From IMG/VR virus record IMGVR_UViG_3300045988_088194: a DNA stretch of 64,000 bases; one strand, given 5' to 3'. The notes under the pieces are model-generated. The model was not told where the DNA came from. It searched no databases and saw only the letters and a list, made by a program, of their open reading frames with translations. The DNA comes from a virus. The translations under genes were made by a program, and so were the position numbers. How positions within the stretch are numbered: the first letter of the stretch is position 1; every line of letters begins with the position of its first letter. This document shows, one piece after another, positions 9,801-18,535 of the stretch.

Positions 9801-12800
9801 GGTCTATTTGATACAGAGGAAGTCAGAAGGGGCGAAGATGTTGAAACAAGATATAAGTACATATCTAATCTTACAAGGTCATACTCAACTATAAAGAAAG
9901 AACTGTTTGGAAAGGAGAGAAGACTCTCCAAGGAACAGAAGTCTGAGATAATGCAGGTTATGGAGTCTGAGGCTAAGGCTAATCTTGAAGAGTATGTATG
10001 GAATGATATGTTTGCAACTATAAACATAATCCAACTTACTGCTACAGACCTTGCCTATTACAAGAATGTAGAGGACTTCCAGAAGAGGTATGCTCAAGTC
10101 CATTCTCCTGCAATGAGATTGAATATAACTGCAAGGGATTCAAAGGGTAGACTCTATTCTGCTGATGGAATGGAAAGAACCATGTACATTACAGATTATG
10201 AGGTAGAGTCTGACATAATTCCTAATGTTGAAGAGATATTTGACCAGAGGATTTCTTCAATCTCTGACCCTTCTGAAAAGGCTAACATGAAAATGATGAA
10301 GGACCTCATAGTTGATTCTTTCAGGAAGATTAATGTAGCAGATGCTCAGGGGTATTCATCACCTACTTCATACAGAAAGAAGATGGGTATGATGGGTAAG
10401 TGGTCTGATGAAATGGAAGAGGCTTATAATAGAATCAAGAGAGGAGACTTCAATGTCAATGACCTTGGTGTTGTCTGGCAGCCCTTAAAACCTTTTGTCT
10501 ATTCCCAGATTAGGAAACCAGGAGGTTCAGATGCTCTTTCTGAACTTAAGGTTCCTGTTCAGAACAAGAACTCTGAATATCTTCTCCTCCTTGCAGATGC
10601 ACTTATGAGAGGGGGAAAGAAGCAGAGCAAACTTGCTGCTATCTTTGATTTCATGGAGGAATCTGCCTATGATGGCAGAGAGACCCAATTCAATCCAAAG
10701 ACCAACACTTATGAGGTTGTAAAGGAAGGTACATACAATGGAAAGGGTATTGATACTGTCCAGTTTGAATCATCTGTGAAGTCAGGAAAGTCTGGAGTTG
10801 TGAACATAAATAAGGTAGAATCATATGAGGAAATTAAGAATATCCTTAATGAGGCTACATATATCAATTCTGACAGAACTGCTTCTTCTGATAATAATAA
10901 TGACAGATATAATGTCAATTACATCCATACAATCCCTTTTGAAGATTATGGCATTCAGCAGGAAGTTCCTGCCCACTTGGTAGACCATGAGCAGCTCATG
11001 GGTTCTCAGATGAGAATACTTAGTATAAGTGACATTACCCCAGGTACTGAGTTCCAGATAGGAGATGAACATCTTAAGAGTGATGAACTTATCAGTGAGT
11101 ATCAGAATCTTATAAAAGAAAACATTGAGCAGAGTTTTGAAAGACTGTGTAAAGATTTCAAGGTCAGAGGAACAAGGCTTGAAAGGAATAAGGCACTTGA
11201 GAAAATACTTCAGGAAGCTATTGAAAAGGACCAGAGGTATGGTGCTGATATACAGAGAGCTTGTTCTCTTGATAAGAATGGAGAATTTATAATCCCACTT
11301 AGTGACCCTATACAGTCTATCAGAATACAGCAACTTCTCAATTCTATTATAAAGAGCAGGATAAACAAGCAGAAGGTAACTGGTGGTCCAGTAGTTCAGG
11401 CTTCAGTATTTGGTATGTCAGATGACCTTTCAATAAGATTCAAGGACAAAGATGGAAATCTCATTGAAACTTATAGTGAGTTTGTAGAGAAGAGGGGTTT
11501 CTCAAAGGATAAATCTTCAGCAGCTAAATATAAGAAGTTCATTAATGACAAACAGGCTTCTGTGGCATACTTTGAGTGCTATATGCCTATTCCTTCTTCT
11601 GAACTTGAAGAAGCTCTTACAAGATATGATAAGGATGGACATGCATACATAATATCAATGGAAGAAGCAGTTAAGGAAGGTATAATTCCTGAAGAAATGA
11701 GAAAGGCTATTGGATATAGAATTCCTACAGAGGATAAGTATTCTATGGCTCCTCTCTATATAAAAGGATTTCTTCCTAAAGCAGCTGGAGAGGCAGTGAT
11801 GCTCCCTAAAGAGATTACTCTTCTTTCAGGTTCTGACTTTGATATTGACAAGCTGTATGTGATGCTTAAGACTTTCACTCTCAAGAGGAGAACTGATTGG
11901 GGTAAACTTGAAAAAGATATTCTCAAATCAAGCAAGGCTAAAGGAGAAGAGAGAAAGAAGAGAAAGGAAGCCTTGAGGATAGTCATTGAGCAGATTAAGG
12001 CTGGAATGGAGTTTAGTGAAGGCACCTTTGAAATGGCTGTGCATGACTATTATTATGACCATAGAGACAGGTATGATAGAGCTTCTTTTGAACTGTCTGA
12101 TGGTGGTACTGATAGAAGGAACAACAGGATATTTGACCTTCAGTGGGCTGTTCTCACTAACCCTGACACAATGAGCAAGATGTTTAATCCTGGTTCATTT
12201 GATGTACAGAAGAAGACTGCAAGAATTGTAAGGATACTTCAGGAGACAAAGGGTCATACCTATCAGGAGTTGAGCAAGCTTAATCTTGACCAGCTTGATG
12301 AAATACTTGACTCTTCAACTGACAGGAATATCATCTACTCAACTTCTCAGGTGTACTTCCATAAGCAGAATATGACTGCTGGCAAGTTGATTGGTATATT
12401 TGCTAATAATAACACCAGTCACGCATTTATTTCTATGCAGGGAATAGACTTAAAGTTAGGAGATGACCTTAAGTTTACATTTGATGGAGTCACAGTAGAT
12501 GAGAATCAAAATAATAGATTGGACCCACTGAAAGGAAAAAATGGTAGTTTAATTAGTAAAACTATTGCAGGTTTTCTTGCAGCCTCTGTGGATGCTGTGA
12601 AGGACCCAGTACTTAACTTTATGAATCTTAATACATTTACTTCTGGACCAGCAATGGTTCTGGCAAGACTTGGTTTTGATTCTGACAGTATAGGTCTGCT
12701 TCTCTCTCAGCCTATTATAAGAAGGGTGACTGATGAATACTTCAGGAGGAACAATGAGGGTTACATCTCAGCTGAGGACCTAATTGATGAGTTTCTTGAA

Positions 12801-14399
12801 CAGGACAAGAATGCAAAGGGTTATGAAAAGACTCTTACTCTAACTAACTTCTCTAAAGAAGAACTTGCTCAGGGTATATCACTTAATAGTGATAAAGGAG
12901 ACTTTCAGACAAGAGCACTTATTTTGTTCAAGAGGTTGTCAAAAATATCACAGGACTTTGGCACACTTACATTCCTTACTAAGTTCAACTCAGTAACCAA
13001 TGCTGTTGGTCCAACCATTGCAGATACCCTTGTAATGAAGCAGAGATATAAGAAGTTCCTTGACAAGTTTGAGGATGGCAATGCAATCTTCTCAGATAAT
13101 GCAAAGAATGTCATTCAGAACTCTCCTATTCTTGATGCCTTCTATACAACCACAGTATCTGATACTGGGGCTTCTCAGTTGATATTCCAGGGATATTTCC
13201 CTCAGTACTCTGATAAATTCAATCAGGTTCTTGGAAAGTTCAGAGAAACCACAAAGGCAAATGTAGATAGCAAGACTATCAATTCCCTTGTCAGTGACTT
13301 TGTTCTTTACAAACTTACTGGAGGACCAAACCCAGTTCTTAATTCAGATGGAAAGGTAAGAGAAGAGTTCATCCATGACTTTATAGTAGAGTTTAAGGAG
13401 AAGGCTGCTGGAATAGTAGATAATGAACTTATCAAGATTATAACTGTTAAACCTTCTACTGGAAAATGTCCTGTTCCAACTTTGGAAGCAAAGACTGGTG
13501 GATATACTCAGGATGTTCAAGAGAGAGTAAGAGATGCTTGGACAAATCTTATAACAAATGAAAGTACAAGAGACCTTGGAGTCAAACTATTCTTCTACAA
13601 TATGTACAGAACAGGACTTTCATTCAGTCCTAAGACTTTCCTTCACCTTGCTTCAACTGATGTGAAACTTGCAATTCCAGGATATGTTGAAAGTATTAGG
13701 GATATCAATTATAATGACTCCTTTGATGTGAATGACTTCCTTCTTCAGTATAGAAGGAATCATACAGACAACTTCAGGGTTGTTCCTCATATAACACAGA
13801 GAAAGGGAATTGCATCTTCTATCACTGAAGATAGAGCTGGTAACAGGAAGATAACCTTCACATTTGCTTCAGACAGTGCTTCTTCACAGTTCATTGTCAA
13901 GAAGGTAAAAAGGGGAAGTGGAAAAGTATCTACTAAAGAGACAATAGCTGCTCCTGTTATCCTCTATAATGATAAGGTGTATTTCAATCCTGAAATCAAC
14001 TCAGATGGTTCTATTACTTATACTGAAACAACAACTCTTGGTAATACCAACAACTTCCTTGAATATGATATGAATGAATCTGGAAGTGAGATAAGAACTT
14101 CTATTCAGAGAACTTCTGAAGAAGATGTACATGAGAAGGAGGTTCAGGAGTCTCCAGCAAGAGAAGTTCCTGAGGATGATGGAGAGACTGAAGCAGTAGA
14201 GCTCTCAGAGACTGATATTGAGAATATACTCAGTGAGATATTTGATGAGGGTGAACTGGACAGTCTTATGACATCTCTTGTCAAAGGACAATCAAAGAAG
14301 GTAGACAAGTATAAGAGTATGATTGAAGAGCACACAGACTCTGAGACTGCTTCTAAGGTTATGAAGAAAATGATAGATATTGTAAAGGGAATTTGCTAA
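3876..14399 (+). CDS. giant virion RNA polymerase polyprotein (crAss-type vRNAP) with N-terminal polyvalent-protein modules and a PD-(D/E)xK nuclease domain
   Basis: Uninterrupted 3507-aa ORF. DFDID (DxDxD) at nt 11835-11849. Nuclease motifs D1085, D1099-M-K1101, Q1118xxxY1122 (nt 7128-7241). WFGDWE at 4419. VVYHYT...QIKSA module at 5016-5450. GNPF...HATVL DUF4326-like module at 6150-6440. Confidence 0.8.
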   Translation: MACVNTKEKSFKELVSKYGASSGTVENAIKIYMDKNNLETYDTNSQDFIDHMDSYFQLKSSNFYSSKGKYNRAHALWEKINPTQNVADIKTATKEYNALVEIFGENNVTVFETSDGGFRVRAAEPIFGDGITSDKKLLKEMSDILSKAPRDKNGNLLAPNGKKSNLTERQYAQVRTKAFKEWFGDWETLAEGHNKKLNLPDKPSGLTDTWIKDNIVEFKGLSTGTKYNIGYSGGRYFIVININGINVPFYKSSGLGGKKNVEAGKWYPFFGISKKGWLNKTTEEEINNYYNSQVLELISNKLDSLFNNEDYGIEIVNGIPVKKGKQANNAIDLNFTDGEKVINKDLNPTENHKDNTVNIVNSNIEKVKRSISYTTLNNKVSKVVDENGEPLVVYHYTDNESLTKFSTEFDNYFSKEGGTKKAIFFTTDNVVPGSEDNFLTNRKAKLALFLNIKNLEEFHGTKEDLHKQGTSYREIVNKSSERAGLENGIVFTGFDDNKKENQTIYVVHNPNQIKSATSNTGAFSKINDRIDDFESNVKVTVEYTPIGKSRQTYTIRGNKIFNKEGKEVFKTDSVDRNKIFANLAVQQGRAVVVNHKNKEYVVNNRNQIISVTTGKMMQWDEKNGDRNAIIKAAQEKFSKNKPSESIQKSASFNWGRTSDNNYEVSSKGDKRFSALNATFKKGTVIDGVDVGGMTIEDVYQKVIKKSGKGKAPAVDSKLNISYRVSTEGITKQYGVVIDKNLKRNYSEWQNANPNGIVAYRVNYSKYNTPEEAQAGRIGNPFSEGIGQANKGEDTVQKFFIWLTTGNNFGNPKATEEYRQAILHKLISTPKGTNILYYTELNRPSHATVLGYLINHKEFITNYKDSAEDFSYTEGYLPLWQEWAKQNPELIEELRTKAAGKTLTDQFANTRVSQARALADILNSTNTKSETIEEAPIFEEENNNMQSAKELVDRMIADSREHIKFNKEDHSYIVDGKKADTSVTQFIHGKKDLGQWGTAASAIGTTADSVTRDFFKGELKDEYPNLSDKDLSFLKHDLKSLRNFFDKKFGKDKYTVVTEEFPIASKYTYTDKDGKLKGGVMAGTMDMLIYDNEGNFYIYDMKTSRSGLNENKVAGYAKQLTLYKAILEANYPELRGKIKELKLIQFRVGYPQPGADFIYSATDGQLYLNNVPIQETEDYYAPHLDFTGNSLDNQVLVPVEPVSMDIHFEGMTEDEVESMREETREPESTEFSQNEVDSQRDNLYGNPLLSATERTFLANNVMSLTSFIVTHLQTNPEANQFYFGDQFSRLNFTKMSREDIISTVGVTKIFEYIKERWYNPDNRTDIDDFDTLDKLQIAYDNWAALVKSAYAKLITLEGVTVVAARPDEISREDIETSFQEQIDAGELEEKEREYWQLGIRNISARSSLSGDIRRSFERLFAIDSNGNPIKDKFGFNFDTFVDSGVAVNSILEWTRTATTVEEMEEILDGMKDSYPWLNSILNKIKEEPFRSQFFQNFRKDFTQYSIVTVERDEKGNKVYQTQIINTKGASQSVLDEITTYYNSGLMQNIIITADGIEGKGRVNVKNVEALKAEKDKIVSDLKGAFTAVRKEVYNNTLKNSVPKITKLLNELGIRVDAKTVSNTIVGKERPKDINNSPVMKLLSEMSYMFDALLSKKDSTSYNPLLKGEEKNIYGNYKSIVGLMSKYIQDSIESSSYENGKMHYSFVTPSYMGKLILNLKDAIGNPSKFNSFMEENYGSYRWFREEDGTWNNAWLELISESKDARQGLEHKVQLSFDGTPYTDLSELGYTLSLMSEYFYDKGSRGKGPQWAWYRVPMLSNKPSSEFIRFKRYSGSEYKRRIKRGLKMVLNQEVLRFRAVLERSVNANIEPISNFDISSKVLKKNPQIEAKMRAGEPLTHDDLVKNGKLITAASGASFKFLEAFNQNIVEGDELGMMLIDKINGVSVNEDSFDKLVNQNLDSYMDIIVSKEISQWEKIGLFDTEEVRRGEDVETRYKYISNLTRSYSTIKKELFGKERRLSKEQKSEIMQVMESEAKANLEEYVWNDMFATINIIQLTATDLAYYKNVEDFQKRYAQVHSPAMRLNITARDSKGRLYSADGMERTMYITDYEVESDIIPNVEEIFDQRISSISDPSEKANMKMMKDLIVDSFRKINVADAQGYSSPTSYRKKMGMMGKWSDEMEEAYNRIKRGDFNVNDLGVVWQPLKPFVYSQIRKPGGSDALSELKVPVQNKNSEYLLLLADALMRGGKKQSKLAAIFDFMEESAYDGRETQFNPKTNTYEVVKEGTYNGKGIDTVQFESSVKSGKSGVVNINKVESYEEIKNILNEATYINSDRTASSDNNNDRYNVNYIHTIPFEDYGIQQEVPAHLVDHEQLMGSQMRILSISDITPGTEFQIGDEHLKSDELISEYQNLIKENIEQSFERLCKDFKVRGTRLERNKALEKILQEAIEKDQRYGADIQRACSLDKNGEFIIPLSDPIQSIRIQQLLNSIIKSRINKQKVTGGPVVQASVFGMSDDLSIRFKDKDGNLIETYSEFVEKRGFSKDKSSAAKYKKFINDKQASVAYFECYMPIPSSELEEALTRYDKDGHAYIISMEEAVKEGIIPEEMRKAIGYRIPTEDKYSMAPLYIKGFLPKAAGEAVMLPKEITLLSGSDFDIDKLYVMLKTFTLKRRTDWGKLEKDILKSSKAKGEERKKRKEALRIVIEQIKAGMEFSEGTFEMAVHDYYYDHRDRYDRASFELSDGGTDRRNNRIFDLQWAVLTNPDTMSKMFNPGSFDVQKKTARIVRILQETKGHTYQELSKLNLDQLDEILDSSTDRNIIYSTSQVYFHKQNMTAGKLIGIFANNNTSHAFISMQGIDLKLGDDLKFTFDGVTVDENQNNRLDPLKGKNGSLISKTIAGFLAASVDAVKDPVLNFMNLNTFTSGPAMVLARLGFDSDSIGLLLSQPIIRRVTDEYFRRNNEGYISAEDLIDEFLEQDKNAKGYEKTLTLTNFSKEELAQGISLNSDKGDFQTRALILFKRLSKISQDFGTLTFLTKFNSVTNAVGPTIADTLVMKQRYKKFLDKFEDGNAIFSDNAKNVIQNSPILDAFYTTTVSDTGASQLIFQGYFPQYSDKFNQVLGKFRETTKANVDSKTINSLVSDFVLYKLTGGPNPVLNSDGKVREEFIHDFIVEFKEKAAGIVDNELIKIITVKPSTGKCPVPTLEAKTGGYTQDVQERVRDAWTNLITNESTRDLGVKLFFYNMYRTGLSFSPKTFLHLASTDVKLAIPGYVESIRDINYNDSFDVNDFLLQYRRNHTDNFRVVPHITQRKGIASSITEDRAGNRKITFTFASDSASSQFIVKKVKRGSGKVSTKETIAAPVILYNDKVYFNPEINSDGSITYTETTTLGNTNNFLEYDMNESGSEIRTSIQRTSEEDVHEKEVQESPAREVPEDDGETEAVELSETDIENILSEIFDEGELDSLMTSLVKGQSKKVDKYKSMIEEHTDSETASKVMKKMIDIVKGIC

Positions 14400-14400
14400 T

Positions 14401-17400
14401 ATGGTTAAATCTTGTGTTTATGTTCCTACAGTGAAAGTAGGAAACCAGGAAGTGGATAGCCAGCTCTTTAGGGAGCTGGTTACCTACACTGGTAATAGAG
14501 AATCAGCAAAGTACATTTGGGGACTTACTCAGGTTCCTGAGTTCATGAGTTCTCTTAAGGGTATTGAGAAGGATAAGAATGGAGAACCTACTCTTTCTTC
14601 TCTCACTAAGGCTATTGATATAGACAGTCTATTAGATGAAGGTATATCAATAGAAGGTGCTAAGAAAGAACTTGGTGCTATAAATAGTAAAGGGGAACCT
14701 GTTATACATTCTTCTACTGATGAGATTATCAACTCAGTAGTTAAATTCAATAAGAACCATCCAAAGATGGTTGCTGATATTGGAAGTAAAGATGGAGGAT
14801 ATGTAATAAATGTTGAGCCTAAGACTCCTCAGAATGCAACCTCTCCTGAAAAGCTTGTATTCAACAGTTCTCTTAACAATCAGTTGAGGGGTATCCTTAG
14901 AAGGCTTGGGTTTGATGTTGAGGTACTCAGTACTCCAAGATTCAATGCTATGTTCAGTCCTGAGAATGCAAGAACAAATGCAGAAGGATTAAAGACAGTC
15001 ATACAGATAGCCAAAGGTCAGAGAGGGGAAGATGCCTTTCCCGAAGAGTTCAGCCATCTTATGATAGAAGGACTTATCAACCAGCCTTTAGTTCAGAGGC
15101 TTGTAAATTCTGTAGGTTCTTATGAAGTCCTAAAGGAAATTCTTGGTGAAAACTTTGATACCTATGTAAGGCTTTATAAAGGAGATATGGAATCTCTCCA
15201 GAAGGAAGCTGCTGGACAACTGCTTCAGAAGTATATCACTGGTGAGAGTCTTCCTGTAAGTAGGCCTTCTCTGCTTGAAAGACTTTGGAATTGGATTAAG
15301 TCCAAGTTTGGCAGTATGTCTGAAGATGATGTTGATAATATCATACTACAGGCCAATAGAGACGCTTCTCAGGTAGCAAGTTCTATCCTTGATGAGTCTA
15401 TACTTCCATTAGTAGATAAAGACCTTATAGTTAATGCAAAGACCTTGTACAATGTAGAGAGGTCTGTATCTGGAATGGAGGAACTGGCTCAGAAGGCTCT
15501 TGAGGTTGCAAGTAAGAGACTTGAGATTTTAAGATTAAGAAGTAGAAGTGGTAGATATAGTGAAGATGACCTTAAGTCAATAAAGAATCTTCAGGACCTT
15601 ATTGAAAAGAAGAAATACTCCAAGAGCTGTCTTGCTTTTCTTTCAGATAGCCTTCAACAGTTAGAACAACTGAATACCAACTTAAGTAAACTTGATGCTA
15701 ACAACCTTAGTGAAGAGTCAGACTTGAACAGAATCAGAAAGATTAGTTCTACTCTAAGGAAAATTAAGGAGTTCTCAGATGCATATGAGCCTATCATCAA
15801 ACAGATGATGAGTATAGATGCTATGAAGGAGAGAGGAGAGGTTGAACTGTCTGCTGAAGATGCTGCTACTATTGCAGACAAGGCTTCCTCTGTATTCAGA
15901 ATAATCACCAAGATTAACTCTGGGTATAAGAGCATGAGGTTCAATACTCTTTACAGCTTCCTTAAGATGTACTGGGGGGAGGATAAGATTATTGATTCTG
16001 GAAAAGATAAGGGCAAGAGAATTACTCTTGAAATGATAATGAAGATGGCTGATAAGGATATTAACTTCCTTGACAGATATATCAGTTCAATGAGTGATGC
16101 ATCAGACCCAATGCTGTCTCTTGTAGATAAGGTAGTCAAATCTACACAGTCTAAGAGGGATTCAGTGCTTGAGGAGGTTCTTGCAGGAGTGAGAAGTGCC
16201 CATACTAAACTTTCACAGGCTGGATATACTACAGACTTTATGTATGAGAGAGACAAGAATGGAAAGCTTACTGGAAGAATAATAAGTGATATTGACTTTG
16301 TTAAGTTTAAGGAGGAGTATGATGCTGAGAAGAAGAGACTTATGGATGAAAAACTTCCTTACTATACAGTCAAGTCAAAACTTGATGCATGGGAAAGAAG
16401 ACATACTGAAACTGTTCTTATAGATGCAGACTCAGGTAGAAAGGAAGAACTTCCTAAGAAGAGTCTTTATGGTGTTGACAGAATAAGTAAACTTGCACCT
16501 GCACAGAGAGAGTATTACAACACTATGATTAACCTTAAGGCTACTCTTGACTCTCTAATACCAGCAAGGTTTGCAAATACTTTCAATGCAGTCCAGATAA
16601 GGAATGATGTTACTGAAGCCATCATGGATAATGTGACCAATCCTAAGAAGTCTGGGAAGATGGTTATAGAGAACCTCAAGGACAGTTTCCTCAGAAGAAG
16701 TGATGACACTGACTGGGGAGATACAACAGTTCTTGGTGATGGAGAATCCCCTATTCTTACTAAGGCAAAGAAGATAGGTCTGGATTTCTCAGGTAATCCT
16801 ATACAGAAACTGCCAGTGTACTATACAACTCCTCTTGAAGATATGGAGAGGCTGAGTACAGATTTCACCTCATCTATTATGGCATACGCATCTATGGCAA
16901 TAAACTATAATGAGATGAGTAAAGTGATTGATGTACTTGAACTTACAAGAGACCTTATCAAAGAGAGGGAAGTTCAGCAGATGTCTGGAGACTCAAAACT
17001 GATAGATGCTTTCAAGGTTGTCCATAAGAAGTTCAGTAAGAACTATACCAAGTCTGGAGAAAGAACTAACATTGGAGAGAGAATAGATGATTATTATGCT
17101 TCTGTTCTGTATGGTCAGCATAAGAAAGATGAAGGAGCTTGGAATGTTTTTGGTAAGGAGATAGATAAAGCCAAGACTATGGATGCTTTGAAGAGTTATA
17201 CAGGAGCACTTGGACTTGGTCTTAACCTGTTCTCTGCTATAAGCAATGTCACTATGGGTAAGATGCAGTTGTTCATAGAGGCTATGTCTGGAGAATACTT
17301 CAATATGAAAGACTCAGCCATAGGTAAGAAGAACTACTATGCACTTCTTCCACAGTATATGGCAGAACTTAACTCTACAAAGAAAACAAGTAAGCTTGGT

Positions 17401-18480
17401 CTCCTTATAGACAAGTTTGATGCTCTTGAAGAGTTCTATGGAAACCTTAAATCACAAGGGTATTACAAAGGACCTTTGTCAAGAATTATAGGTTCTGCAA
17501 ATATATTCTTCCTTAACAACATGGGAGAGCACTATCTTCACAGTAGGAATATGCTGGCTATGCTCAATAATGTCAAAGTAAAGGACAGAAGTGGAAAAGA
17601 GATGAGCCTGTTTGATGCTTTTGAAGTAAAGACAGACCCTGAAGGGGCATCAAAGATAGTCCTTAAGGAGGGAACAAAAGACCTTGATGGTAATCTTCTT
17701 TCTACAGAAGGGCTTGACAGGAACTCTGAATTGTATGAAGAAGTGGAGAAGAGATATGATGACTTCATTACAAACCAGAAACTAAGGATTGGAAAGGTCA
17801 ATCAATCTCTTAATGGTGCATTCAATGAGACTGACAAAGGAGCTATCCATAGATATTCTCTTGGAAGACTTGCTATGCAGTTTAGACAGTGGATGCCTGC
17901 CCATTACTCAAGAAGGTTCTCAAGTGCAAGTTATGATGCCAAACTTGACCATTGGAGAGAAGGTTATTACAGAACTATAGCAAGATTTGCTATAAACCTT
18001 ATGAAAGATATAGGCAGAGCAAAGTTTGACCTTGCAACCAACTGGAACAGTCTTAGCACCCATGAGAAGGCAAACATAAGAAGGGCTTTAACAGAACTTG
18101 GAATGTTTGCTACACTTTCAGCACTTATTGCCATGATAGGACCTGAGAAGGATAAGAAAGGCAGATGGGGCGAGAGAATGATTGTATATCAGCTTAAGAG
18201 AATGCAACTTGAGACTGGTGCCTCTATACCTTGGTTCTCAGCCATTGAGAATGCATGGACCATATTACAAAGTCCAGCAGCAGCCATAAACAGTTTCAAT
18301 GGACTGCTTGATTTGGTTAAGTTCTGGAACATGTTTAATGAACTTGAATCTGGAAGATACAAGGGGTGGAGTGAGTGGGAGAGAGATGCTTCACAGGCAA
18401 TTCCTCTTTATGGTCAGCTTAGGAAGATAGCAGACCTCTCTGAGGAAGATTATATGTACACTATATTTGCTGATAGATAA
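14401..18480 (+). CDS. large virion/ejection-associated protein (hypothetical)
   Basis: 1359-aa ORF starting 1 nt after the vRNAP stop. Coiled-coil-rich. Its position next to the vRNAP matches the large cargo-protein genes of crAss-like phages. Confidence 0.5.
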   Translation: MVKSCVYVPTVKVGNQEVDSQLFRELVTYTGNRESAKYIWGLTQVPEFMSSLKGIEKDKNGEPTLSSLTKAIDIDSLLDEGISIEGAKKELGAINSKGEPVIHSSTDEIINSVVKFNKNHPKMVADIGSKDGGYVINVEPKTPQNATSPEKLVFNSSLNNQLRGILRRLGFDVEVLSTPRFNAMFSPENARTNAEGLKTVIQIAKGQRGEDAFPEEFSHLMIEGLINQPLVQRLVNSVGSYEVLKEILGENFDTYVRLYKGDMESLQKEAAGQLLQKYITGESLPVSRPSLLERLWNWIKSKFGSMSEDDVDNIILQANRDASQVASSILDESILPLVDKDLIVNAKTLYNVERSVSGMEELAQKALEVASKRLEILRLRSRSGRYSEDDLKSIKNLQDLIEKKKYSKSCLAFLSDSLQQLEQLNTNLSKLDANNLSEESDLNRIRKISSTLRKIKEFSDAYEPIIKQMMSIDAMKERGEVELSAEDAATIADKASSVFRIITKINSGYKSMRFNTLYSFLKMYWGEDKIIDSGKDKGKRITLEMIMKMADKDINFLDRYISSMSDASDPMLSLVDKVVKSTQSKRDSVLEEVLAGVRSAHTKLSQAGYTTDFMYERDKNGKLTGRIISDIDFVKFKEEYDAEKKRLMDEKLPYYTVKSKLDAWERRHTETVLIDADSGRKEELPKKSLYGVDRISKLAPAQREYYNTMINLKATLDSLIPARFANTFNAVQIRNDVTEAIMDNVTNPKKSGKMVIENLKDSFLRRSDDTDWGDTTVLGDGESPILTKAKKIGLDFSGNPIQKLPVYYTTPLEDMERLSTDFTSSIMAYASMAINYNEMSKVIDVLELTRDLIKEREVQQMSGDSKLIDAFKVVHKKFSKNYTKSGERTNIGERIDDYYASVLYGQHKKDEGAWNVFGKEIDKAKTMDALKSYTGALGLGLNLFSAISNVTMGKMQLFIEAMSGEYFNMKDSAIGKKNYYALLPQYMAELNSTKKTSKLGLLIDKFDALEEFYGNLKSQGYYKGPLSRIIGSANIFFLNNMGEHYLHSRNMLAMLNNVKVKDRSGKEMSLFDAFEVKTDPEGASKIVLKEGTKDLDGNLLSTEGLDRNSELYEEVEKRYDDFITNQKLRIGKVNQSLNGAFNETDKGAIHRYSLGRLAMQFRQWMPAHYSRRFSSASYDAKLDHWREGYYRTIARFAINLMKDIGRAKFDLATNWNSLSTHEKANIRRALTELGMFATLSALIAMIGPEKDKKGRWGERMIVYQLKRMQLETGASIPWFSAIENAWTILQSPAAAINSFNGLLDLVKFWNMFNELESGRYKGWSEWERDASQAIPLYGQLRKIADLSEEDYMYTIFADR

Positions 18481-18521
18481 AAAAAAGAGGAAGTAGTTAT
18501 TCTACTTCCTCTTTTTTTTTC
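18481..18521. terminator. bidirectional intrinsic terminator between convergent genes
   Basis: A-run, stem AGAGGAAGTAG/CTACTTCCTCT (18486-18496 / 18502-18512), then a T-run. Confidence 0.8.
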
Positions 18522-18535
18522 TTTTTGTAGTATCT

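Noticed and set aside
10821-11333. 170-aa antisense ORF, and the many similar 60-130-aa ORFs on the strand opposite the giant genes (for example 5418-5816, 8115-8438, 20439-20702, 45274-45633, 51670-52041)
   Set aside because: They lie wholly inside much longer ORFs with coherent motifs. Their products are low-complexity and Leu/Ser/Ile-rich, as expected for shadow frames of AT-rich coding DNA.
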